Assembly (NCBI GenBank): GCA_964016885.1
Contig: OZ024743.1
Coordinates: 206,336,001-206,400,000 of the forward strand
Length of the DNA stretch: 64,000 nt
Direction of reading: 5' to 3'
DNA from: Eledone cirrhosa
Taxonomy: Eukaryota
Shown: positions 1 to 12,100 of the stretch, piece by piece
How positions within the stretch are numbered: position 1 is the stretch's first letter
Layout of the letters: the number at the start of each line of letters is the position of its first letter
Translations under genes and position numbers: made by a program
Notes under the pieces: generated by a model
Told to the model about the DNA's origin: nothing
The model's input: the letters and a program-made list of their open reading frames with translations, nothing else
Databases searched by the model: none

Positions 1-1659
1 ATCTCCCCTTGATTCTTTTTACAAATTATCTCCCCCTGATTTTTTTTACAAATCTCCCAGTGATTTTTAAAAAAAAATTATCTCCCCTTCGCTGGCTGGA
101 AATTATCTCCCCTTGGACGCTGGAAATTATAGCCCCTTGGAGGCTGGAAATTATCTTCCCTTGGACGGCTGGAAATTATCTCCACTTGATTTTTTTTACA
201 AATTATCTCCCCCTGATTTTTTTTTACAAATTATCTCCCCCTGATTTTTTTTTTACAAATTATCTCCGCCTGATTTTTTTAAAAAAATTATCACCCCTTG
301 GACGGCTGGAAATTATCTCCCCTTGGACGGCTGGAAATGATCTCCACTTGGACGGCTAGAAATTACCTCTCCTTGGACGGCTGAAAATTATCTCCCCTTG
401 ATTTTTTTTACGAATTATCTCCCCCTGATTTTTTTTTTTACAAATTATCTCCCCCTGATTTTATTTTACATATTATCTACCCCTGATTTTTTTTACAAAT
501 TATCTCCCCCTGATTTTTTTTTTACAAATTATCTGCCCCTGATTTTTTTACAAATTATCTCCCACTGATTTATTTTACAAATTATCTCCGCCTGATTTTT
601 TTAAATATTATCTTCCCTTGGCTGGCGGGAAATTATCTCCCCTTGGACGGCTGGAAACTATCTCCCCTTGGACAGCTGGAAATTATCTGCCCTTGATTTT
701 GTTTTTACAAATTATCTCCCCCTGATTTTTTTTACAAATTATCTCCACCTGATTTTTTAAAAAATTATCTCCCCTTGGACGGCTGGAAATTATCTCCCCT
801 TGGCTGGAAATTATCTCCCCTTGGACGGCTAGAAATTATCTCTCTTTGGACGGCTGGAAATTATCTCCCTTTGATTTTTTTTACAAATTATCTCCCTCTG
901 ATTTTTTTTACAAATCTCCCCTTGATTTTTTAAAAAAATTATCTCCCCTTTGCTGGCTGGAAATTATCTCCCCTTGGACACTGGAAATTATAGACCCTTG
1001 GAGGGCTGGAAATTATCTTCCCTTGGACGGCTGGAAATTATCTCCTCTTGATTTTTTTTACAAATTATCTCCCCCTGATTTTTTTTTACAAATTATCTCC
1101 GCCTGATTTTTTTTTAAAAATTATCTCCCCTTGGCTGGATGGAAATTTTCTCCCCTTGGACGGCTGGAAATTATCTCCCCTTTATGTCTTCTACAAATTA
1201 TCTGGCCCTGATTTTTTTTTACAAATTATCTCTCCCTGATTTTTTTTACAAATATCTCCCCTTGGCTGGCTGGAAATTATCTCCCCTTCGCTGGCTGGAA
1301 ATTATCTCCCATTGGACGGCTGGAAATTATCTCCCCTTGGACGCCTAGAAATTACCTCTCCTTGGACAGCTGTAAATTATCTCCCCTTGGACGGCTGGAA
1401 ATTATCTCGCCTTGGACGGCTGGAAATTATCTCCCCTTGATTTTGTATACAAATTATCTCCCCCTGATTTTTTTTTACAAATTATCTGCCCCTGATTATT
1501 TTTTTACAAATTAGCTCCGCCTGATTTTTTTTAAAAATTATCTCCCCTTGGACGGCTGGAAATTATCTCCCCTTGGACGGCTGGAAATTATCTCCCCTTG
1601 AACGGCTAGAAATTACCTCTCCTTGGACGGCTTAAAATTATCTCCCCTTGGACGGCTGG

Positions 1660-1850
1660 AAATTATCTCCCCTTGATTTTTTTACAAATTATCTCCCCCT
1701 GATTTTTTTTTACAAATTATCTCCCCCTGATTTTTTTTTACAAATTATCTACCCCTGATTTTTTTTCCAAATTATCTCCCCCTGATTTTTTTTTACAAAT
1801 TATCTCCCCCTGATTTTTTTTTACAAATTATCTCCCCCTGATTTTTTTAC
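1660..1850 (+). repeat. Example long type-B (poly-T) run (7 monomers)
   Basis: Seven consecutive AAATTATCT(C/A)CCC(C/T)TGA-Tn-(A/C)C units. Confidence 0.95.
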
Positions 1851-2124
1851 AAATTATCTCCCCTTGGCTGGCTGGAAATTATCTCCCCTTGGAGACTGGA
1901 ATTTATCTCCCCTTGGACGGCTGGAAATTATCTCCCCTTGGACGGCTAGAAATTACCTCTCCTTGGACGGCTGGAAATTATCTCCCCTTGAACGGCTGGA
2001 AATTATCTCCCCTTGGACGGCTGGAAATTATCTCCCCTTGGACGGCTGGAAATTACCTCTCCTTGGACGGCTGGAAATTATCTCCCCTTGGACGGCTGGA
2101 AATTATCTCCCCTTGGACGGCTGG
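1851..2124 (+). repeat. Example long type-A run (11 monomers, one of 24 bp)
   Basis: Eleven consecutive AAATTATCTCCCCTTGGACGGCTGG-type units, preceded by a 7-monomer B run (~1660-1850). Homologous runs start near 3035, 5800, 18485, 19669, 22410 and 24327. Confidence 0.95.
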
Positions 2125-3119
2125 AAATTATTTCCCCTTGATTTTTTTTACAAATTATCTCCCCCTGATTTATTTTACAAATTATCTCCGCCTGATTTTT
2201 TTAAATATTATCTTCCCTTGGCTGGCGGGAAATTATCTCCCCTTGGACGGCTGGAAACTATCTCCCCTTGGACAGCTGGAAATTATCTGCCCTTGATTTT
2301 GTTTTTACAAATTATCTCCCCCTGATTTTTTTTACAAATTATCTCCACCTGATTTTTTAAAAAATTATCTCCTCTTGGACGGCTGGAAATTATCTCCCGT
2401 TGGCTGCAAATTATCTCCCCTTGGACGGCTAGAAATTACCTCTCTTTGGACGGCTGGAAATTATCTCCCCTTGATTTTTTTTACAAATTATCTCCCCCTG
2501 ATTTTTTTTACAAATCTCCCAGTGATTTTTAAAAAAAAATTATCTCCCCTTCGCTGGCTGGAAATTATCTCCCCTTGGACGCTGGAAATTATAGCCCCTT
2601 GGAGGGCTGGAAATTATCTTCCCTTGGACGGCTGGAAATTATCTCCCCTTGATTTTTTTTACATATTATCTCCCCCTGATTTTTTTTTACAAATTATCTC
2701 CCCGATTTTTTTCTACAAATTATCTCCCCCTGATTTTTTTTTTACAAATTATCTCCGCCTGATTTTTTAAAAAAAATTATCTCCCCTTGGACGGCTGGAA
2801 ATTATCTCCCCTTGGACGGCTGGAAATTATCTCCCCTAGGACGGCTAGAAATTACCTCTCCTTGGACGGCTGAAAATTATCTCCCCTTGGACGGCTGGAA
2901 ATTATCTCCCCTTGATTTTTTTACAAATTATCTCCCTCTGATTTTTTTTTACAAATTATCTCCCCCTGATTTTTTTTTACAAATTATCTCCCCCTGATTT
3001 TTTTTTACAAATTATCTCCCCCTGATTTTTTTACAAATTATCTCCCCTTGGCTGGCTGGCAATTATCTCCCCTTGGAGGCTGGAATTTATCTCCCCTTGG
3101 TCGGCTGGAAATTATCTCC

Positions 3120-6100
3120 CCTTGGACGGCTAGAAATTACCTCTCCTTGTACGGCTGGAAATTATCTCCCCTTGAACGGCTGGAAATTATCTCCCCTTGG
3201 ACGGCTGGAAATTATCTCCCCTTGGACGGCTGGAAATTACCTCTCCTTGGACGGCTGGAAATTATCTCCCCTTGGACGGCTGGAAATTATCTCCCCTTGG
3301 ACGGCTGGAAATTATTTCCCCTTGATTTTTTTTACAAATTATCTCCCCCTGATTTTTTTTACAAATCTCCCCCTAATTTAAAAAAAAATTATCTCCCCTT
3401 CGCTGGCTGGAAATTATCTCCCTTTGGACGGCTTGAAATTATAGCTGCTTGTAGGGCTGGAAATTATCTCCCCTTGGACGGCTGGAAATTACCTTTCCTT
3501 CGACGGCTGAAAATTATCTCCCCTTGGACGGCTGGAAATTATCTCCTCCTGATTTTTTTTTACAAATTATCTCCGCCTGATTTTTTTTTAAAAATTATCT
3601 CCCCTTGGCTGGATGGAAATTTTCTCCCCTTGGACGGCTGGAAATTATCTCCCCTTTATGTTTTCTACAAATTATCTACCCCTGATTTTTTTTTTACGAA
3701 TTATCTCTCCCTGATTTTTTTTACAAATATCTCCCCTTGGCTGGCTGGAAATTATCTCCCCTTGGCTGGCTGGAAATTATCTCCCCTTGGACGGCTGGAA
3801 ATTATCTCCCCTTGGACGCCTAGAAATCACCTCTACTTGGACAGCTGTAAATTATCTCCCCTTGGACGGCTGGAAATTATCTCGCCTTGGACGGCTGGAA
3901 ATTATCTCCCCTTGATTTTGTATACAAATTATCTCCCCCTGATTTTTTTTTACAAATTATCTGCCCCTGATTATTTTTTTACAAATTAGCTCCGCCTGAT
4001 TTTTTTTTAAAATTATCTCCCCTTGGACGGCTGGAAATTATCTCCCCTTGGACGGCTGGAAATTATCTCCCCTTGAACGGCTAGAAATTACCTCTCCTTG
4101 GACGGCTGAAAATTATCTCCCCTTGGACGGCTGGAAATTATCTCCCCTTGATTTTTTTACAAATTATCTCCCCCTGATTTTTTTTTTACAAATTATCTCC
4201 GCCTGATTTTTTTTTAAAATTATCTCCCCTTGGACGGCTGGAAATTATCTCCCCTTGATTTTTTTCCAAATTATCTCCCCCTGATTTTTTTTTTACAAAT
4301 TATCTACCCCTGATTTTTTTTTCAAATTATCTCCCCCTGATTTTTTTTACAAATTATCTCCCCCTGATTTTTTTTTACAAATTATCTCCCCCCGATTTTT
4401 TTACAAATTATCTCCCCCTGATTTTTTTTACAAATTATCTCCGCCTGATTTTTTTTAATATTATCTTCCCTTGGCTGGCGGGAAATTATCTCCCCTTGGA
4501 CGGCTGGAAATTATCTCCCCTTGGAAGGATGGAAATTATCTCCCCTTGGACGGCTGGAAATTATCTCCCCTTGCACTGCTGGAAATTATCTCCCCTTGGA
4601 CGGCTGGAATATATCTGCCCTTGATTTTGTTTTTACAAATTATCTTCCCCTGATTTTTTTACAAATTATCTCCACCTGATTTTTTAAAAAATTATCTCCC
4701 CTTGGACGGCTGGAAATTATCTCCCCTTGGCTGGAAATTATCTCCCCTTGGACGGCTAGAAATTATCTCTCTTTGGACGGCTGGAAATTATCTCCCCTTG
4801 GACGCTGGAAATTATAGCCCCTTGGAGGGCTGGAAGTTATCTTCCCTTGGAGGGCTGGAAATTATCTTCCCTTGGACGGCTAGAAATTACCTCTCCTTGG
4901 ACGGCTGAAAATTATCTCCCCTTGGACGGCTGGAAATTATCTCCCCTTGATTTTTTTTACAAATTATCTCCCCCTGATTATTTTTTACAAATTATCTCCC
5001 CCTGATTTTTTTTTTACAAATTATCTCCCCTTGGACGGCTGGAAATTATCTCCCCTTGGACGGCTGGAAATTATCTCCCCTTGGACGGCTAGAAATTACC
5101 TCTCCTTGGACGGCTGAAAATTATCTCTCCTTGGACGGCTGGAAATTATCTCCCCTTTATGTCTTCTACAAATTATCTACCCCTGATTTTTTTTTACAAA
5201 TTATCTCTCCCTGATTTTTTTTACAAATATCTCCCCTTGATTGGCTGGAAATTATCTCCCCTTGGCTGGCTGGAAATTATCTCCCCTTGGACGGCTGGAA
5301 ATTATCTCCCCTTGGACGCCTAGAAATTACCTCTCCTTGGACAGCTGTAAATTATCTCCCCTTGGACGGCTGGAAATTATCTCGCCTTGGACGGCTGGAA
5401 ATTATATCCCCTTGATTTTGTATACAAATTATCTCCCCCTGATTTTTTTTTACAAATTATCTGCCCCTGATTATTTTTTTACAAATTAGCTCCGCCTGAT
5501 TTTTTTTAAAAATTATCTCCCCTTGGACGGCTGGAAATTATCTCCCCTTGGACGGCTGGAAATTATCTCCCCTTGAACGGCTAGAAATTACCTCTCCTTG
5601 GACGGCTGAAAATTATCTCTCCTTGGACGGCTGGAAATTATCTCCCCTTGATTTTTTTACAAATTATCTCCCCCTGATTTTTTTTTACAAATTATCTACC
5701 CCTGATTTTTTTTTCCAAATTATCTCCCCCTGATTTTTTTTTTACAAATTATCTCCCCCTGATTTTTTTTTACAAATTATCTCCCCCTGATTTTTTTACA
5801 AATTATCTCCCCTTGGCTGGCTGGAAATTATCTCCCCTTGGAGGCTGGAATTTATCTCCCCTTGGACGGCTGGAAATTATCTCCCCTTGGACGGCTAGAA
5901 ATTACCTCTCCTTGGACGGCTGGAAATTATCTCCCCTTGAACGGCTGGAAATTATCTCCCCTTGGACGGCTGGAAATTATCTCCCCTTGGACGGCTGGAA
6001 ATTACCTCTCCTTGGACGGCTGGAAATTATCTCCCCTTGGACGGATGGAAATTATCTCCCCTTGGACGGCTGGAAATTATTTCCCCTTGATTTTTTTTAC

Positions 6101-9100
6101 AAATTATCTCCCCCTGATTTTTTTTACAAATATCCCCCTAATTTAAAAAAAAATTATCTCCCCTTCGCTGGCTGGAAATTATCTCCCTTTGGACGGCTGG
6201 AAATTATAGCTGCTTGTAGGGCTGGAAATTATCTCCCCTTGGACGGCTGGAAATTATCTCCCCTTCATTTTTTTACTAATTATCTCCCCCTGATTTTTTT
6301 TTACAAATTATCTCCGCCTGATTTTTAAAAAAAAATTATCTCCCCTTGGCTGGATGGTAATTTTCTCCCCTTGGACGGCTGGAAATTATGTCCCCTTTAT
6401 GTCTTCTACAAATTATCTACCCCTGATTTTTTTTACAAATATCTACCCTTGGCTGGCTGGAAATTATCTCCCCTTGGACGGCTGGAAATTATCTCCCCTT
6501 GGACGCCTAGAAATTACCTCTCCTTGGACAGCTGTAAATTATCTCCCCTTGGACGGCTGGAAATTATCTCGCCTTGGACGGCTGGAAATTATCTCCCCTT
6601 GATTTTGTATACAAATTATCTCCCCCTGATTTTTTTTTACAAATTATCTGCCCCTGATTATTTATTTTACAAATTAGCTCCGCCTGATTTTTTTTTTAAA
6701 TTATCTCCCCTTGGACGGCTGGAAATTATCTCCCCTTGGACGGCTGGAAATTATCTCCCCTTGATTTTTTTACAAATTATCTCCCCCAGATTTTTTTTTT
6801 ACAAATTATCTCCCCCTGATTTTTTTTACAAATTATCTCCCCCTGTTTTTTTTTACAAATTATTTCACCCTGATTTTTTTACAAATTATCTCCCCCTGAT
6901 TTTTTTTACAAATTTTCTCCGCCTGATTTTTTTAAATATGATCTTCCCTTGGCTGGCGGAAAATCATCTCCCCTTGGACGCCTGGAAATTATCTCCCCTT
7001 GGAAGGATGGAAATTATCTCCCCTTGGACGGCTGGAAATTATCTCCCCTTGCACTGCTGGAAATTATCTCCCCTTGGACGGCTGGAAATTATATGCCCTT
7101 GATTTTGATTTTACAAATTATCTTCCCCTGATTTTTTTTACAAATTATTTCCACCTGATTTTTTAAAAAATTATCTCCCCTTGGAAGGCTGGAAATTATC
7201 TCCCCTTGGCTGGAAATTATCTCCCCTTGGACGATTAGAAATTATCTCTCTTTGGACGGCTGGAAATTATCTCCCCTTGATTTTTTTTACAAATTATCTC
7301 CCCCTGATTTTTTTTACAAATCTCCCAGTGATTTTTTTAAAAAAATTATCTCCCCTTCGCTGGCTGGAAATTATCTCCCCTTGGACGCTGGAAATTATAG
7401 CCCCTTGGAGGGCTGGAAGTTATCTTCCCTTGGAGGGCTGGAAATTATCTTCCCTTGGACGGCTGGAAATTATCTCCCCTTGATTTTTTTTACAAATTAT
7501 CTCCCCCTGATTTTTTTTTACAAATTATCTCCCCCTGATTTTTTTTTTACCAATTATCTCCTACTGATTTTTTTAAAAATTATTTCCCCTTGGACGGCTG
7601 GAAATTATCTCCCCTTGGACGGCTGGAAATTATCTCCCCTTGGACGGCTAGAAATTACCTCTCCTTGGACGGCTGAAAATTATCTCCCCTTGGACGGCTG
7701 GAAATTATCTCCCCTTGATTTTTTTTACAAATTATCTCCCCCTGATTTTTTTTTACAAATTATCTCCCCCTGATTTTTTTTTACAAATTATCTCCCCCTG
7801 ATTTTTTTTTACAAATTATCTCCTGATTTTTTTTACAAATTATCTCCCCTTGGCTGGCTGGAAATTATCTCCCCTTGGAGGCTGGAAATTATCTCCCCTT
7901 GGACGGCTAGAAATTACCTCTCCTTGGACGGCTGGAAATTATCTGCCCTTGGACGGCTGGAAATTATCTCTCCTTGGACGGCTGGAAATTATCTGCCCTT
8001 GGACGGCTGGAAATTATCTCCCCTTGGACGGCTGGAAATTATTTCCCCTTGATTTTTTTTACAAATTATCTCCACCTGATTTTTTTTTACAAATCTCCCC
8101 CTAATTTTAAAAAAAATTATCTCCCCTTCGCTGGCTGGAAATTATCTTCCTTTGGACGGTTGGAAATTATAGCCGCTTGTAGGGCTGGAAATTATCTCCC
8201 CTTGGACGGCTGGGAATTATCTCCCCTTGATTTTTTTACTAATTATCTCACCCTGATTTTTTTTTACAAATTATCTCCGCCTCATTTTTAAAAAAAAATT
8301 ATCTCCCCTTGGCTGGATGGAAATTATCTCCCCTTGGACGGCTGGAAATTATCTCCCATTGATTTCTTCTACAAATTATCTACACCTGATTTTTTTTTTA
8401 CAAATTATCTCTCCCTGATTTTTTTTTACAAATATCTCCCCTTGGCTGGCTGGAAATTATCTCCCGTTGGCTGGCTGGAAATTATCTCCCCTTGGACGGC
8501 TGGAAATTATCTCCCATTGATTTTTTTTACAAATTATCTCCCCTTGGCTGGCTGGAAATTATCTCCCCTTGGCTGGCTGGAAATTATCTCCCCCTGATAT
8601 TTTTTTACAAATTAGCTCCCCCTGATTTTTTTTTACAAATTATCTCCCCCTGATTTTTTTTTTTACAAATTATCTCCGCCTGATTTTTTTAAAATTATCT
8701 CCCCTCTGCTGGATGGAAATTATCTCCCCTTGGACGGCTGGAAATTATCTCCCCTTGGAAGGATGGAAATTATCTCCCCTTGGACGGCTGGAAATTATCT
8801 CCCCTTGGACGGCTAGAAATTACCTCTCCTTGTACGGCTGGAAATTATCTCCCCTTGAACGGCTGGAAATTATCTCCCCTTGGACGGCTGGAAATTATCT
8901 CCCCTTGGACGGCTGGAAATTACCTCTCCTTGGACGGCTGGAAATTATCTCCCCTTGGACGGCTGGAAATTATCTCCCCTTGGACGGCTGGAAATTATTT
9001 CCCCTTGATTTTTTTTACAAATTATCTCCCCCTGATTTTTTTTACAAATCTCCCCCTAATTTAAAAAAAAATTATCTCCCCTTCGCTGGCTGGAAATTAT

Positions 9101-12100
9101 CTCCCTTTGGACGGCTTGAAATTATAGCTGCTTGTAGGGCTGGAAATTATCTCCCCTTGGACGGCTGGAAATTACCTTTCCTTCGACGGCTGAAAATTAT
9201 CTCCCCTTGGACGGCTGGAAATTATCTCCTCCTGATTTTTTTTTACAAATTATCTCCGCCTGATTTTTTTTTAAAAATTATCTCCCCTTGGCTGGATGGA
9301 AATTTTCTCCCCTTGGACGGCTGGAAATTATCTCCCCTTTATGTTTTCTACAAATTATCTACCCCTGATTTTTTTTTTACGAATTATCTCTCCCTGATTT
9401 TTTTTACAAATATCTCCCCTTGGCTGGCTGGAAATTATCTCCCCTTGGCTGGCTGGAAATTATCTCCCCTTGGACGGCTGGAAATTATCTCCCCTTGGAC
9501 GCCTAGAAATCACCTCTACTTGGACAGCTGTAAATTATCTCCCCTTGGACGGCTGGAAATTATCTCGCCTTGGACGGCTGGAAATTATCTCCCCTTGATT
9601 TTGTATACAAATTATCTCCCCCTGATTTTTTTTTACAAATTATCTGCCCCTGATTATTTTTTTACAAATTAGCTCCGCCTGATTTTTTTTTAAAATTATC
9701 TCCCCTTGGACGGCTGGAAATTATCTCCCCTTGGACGGCTGGAAATTATCTCCCCTTGAACGGCTAGAAATTACCTCTCCTTGGACGGCTGAAAATTATC
9801 TCCCCTTGGACGGCTGGAAATTATCTCCCCTTGATTTTTTTACAAATTATCTCCCCCTGATTTTTTTTTTACAAATTATCTCCGCCTGATTTTTTTTTAA
9901 AATTATCTCCCCTTGGACGGCTGGAAATTATCTCCCCTTGATTTTTTTCCAAATTATCTCCCCCTGATTTTTTTTTTACAAATTATCTACCCCTGATTTT
10001 TTTTTCAAATTATCTCCCCCTGATTTTTTTTACAAATTATCTCCCCCTGATTTTTTTTTACAAATTATCTCCCCCCGATTTTTTTACAAATTATCTCCCC
10101 CTGATTTTTTTTACAAATTATCTCCGCCTGATTTTTTTTAATATTATCTTCCCTTGGCTGGCGGGAAATTATCTCCCCTTGGACGGCTGGAAATTATCTC
10201 CCCTTGGAAGGATGGAAATTATCTCCCCTTGGACGGCTGGAAATTATCTCCCCTTGCACTGCTGGAAATTATCTCCCCTTGGACGGCTGGAATATATCTG
10301 CCCTTGATTTTGTTTTTACAAATTATCTTCCCCTGATTTTTTTACAAATTATCTCCACCTGATTTTTTAAAAAATTATCTCCCCTTGGACGGCTGGAAAT
10401 TATCTCCCCTTGGCTGGAAATTATCTCCCCTTGGACGGCTAGAAATTATCTCTCTTTGGACGGCTGGAAATTATCTCCCCTTGGACGCTGGAAATTATAG
10501 CCCCTTGGAGGGCTGGAAGTTATCTTCCCTTGGAGGGCTGGAAATTATCTTCCCTTGGACGGCTAGAAATTACCTCTCCTTGGACGGCTGAAAATTATCT
10601 CCCCTTGGACGGCTGGAAATTATCTCCCCTTGATTTTTTTTACAAATTATCTCCCCCTGATTATTTTTTACAAATTATCTCCCCCTGATTTTTTTTTTAC
10701 AAATTATCTCCCCTTGGACGGCTGGAAATTATCTCCCCTTGGACGGCTGGAAATTATCTCCCCTTGGACGGCTAGAAATTACCTCTCCTTGGACGGCTGA
10801 AAATTATCTCTCCTTGGACGGCTGGAAATTATCTCCCCTTTATGTCTTCTACAAATTATCTACCCCTGATTTTTTTTTACAAATTATCTCTCCCTGATTT
10901 TTTTTACAAATATCTCCCCTTGATTGGCTGGAAATTATCTCCCCTTGGCTGGCTGGAAATTATCTCCCCTTGGACGGCTGGAAATTATCTCCCCTTGGAC
11001 GCCTAGAAATTACCTCTCCTTGGACAGCTGTAAATTATCTCCCCTTGGACGGCTGGAAATTATCTCGCCTTGGACGGCTGGAAATTATATCCCCTTGATT
11101 TTGTATACAAATTATCTCCCCCTGATTTTTTTTTACAAATTATCTGCCCCTGATTATTTTTTTACAAATTAGCTCCGCCTGATTTTTTTTAAAAATTATC
11201 TCCCCTTGGACGGCTGGAAATTATCTCCCCTTGGACGGCTGGAAATTATCTCCCCTTGAACGGCTAGAAATTACCTCTCCTTGGACGGCTGAAAATTATC
11301 TCTCCTTGGACGGCTGGAAATTATCTCCCCTTGATTTTTTTACAAATTATCTCCCCCTGATTTTTTTTTACAAATTATCTACCCCTGATTTTTTTTTCCA
11401 AATTATCTCCCCCTGATTTTTTTTTTACAAATTATCTCCCCCTGATTTTTTTTTACAAATTATCTCCCCCTGATTTTTTTACAAATTATCTCCCCTTGGC
11501 TGGCTGGAAATTATCTCCCCTTGGAGGCTGGAATTTATCTCCCCTTGGACGGCTGGAAATTATCTCCCCTTGGACGGCTAGAAATTACCTCTCCTTGGAC
11601 GGCTGGAAATTATCTCCCCTTGAACGGCTGGAAATTATCTCCCCTTGGACGGCTGGAAATTATCTCCCCTTGGACGGCTGGAAATTACCTCTCCTTGGAC
11701 GGCTGGAAATTATCTCCCCTTGGACGGATGGAAATTATCTCCCCTTGGACGGCTGGAAATTATTTCCCCTTGATTTTTTTTACAAATTATCTCCCCCTGA
11801 TTTTTTTTACAAATATCCCCCTAATTTAAAAAAAAATTATCTCCCCTTCGCTGGCTGGAAATTATCTCCCTTTGGACGGCTGGAAATTATAGCTGCTTGT
11901 AGGGCTGGAAATTATCTCCCCTTGGACGGCTGGAAATTATCTCCCCTTGGCTGGATGGTAATTTTCTCCCCTTGGACGGCTGGAAATTATGTCCCCTTTA
12001 TGTCTTCTACAAATTATCTACCCCTGATTTTTTTTACAAATATCTACCCTTGGCTGGCTGGAAATTATCTCCCCTTGGACGGCTGGAAATTATCTCCCCT

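Noticed and set aside
1660-1850. Poly-T tracts as intrinsic terminators or retroposon tails
   Set aside because: There is no preceding GC hairpin, gene, target-site duplication or element body. The tracts are integral to monomer B.
1864-1875. GCTGGCTGG resembling the E. coli Chi site GCTGGTGG
   Set aside because: It is not an exact match, and nothing indicates a bacterial context.
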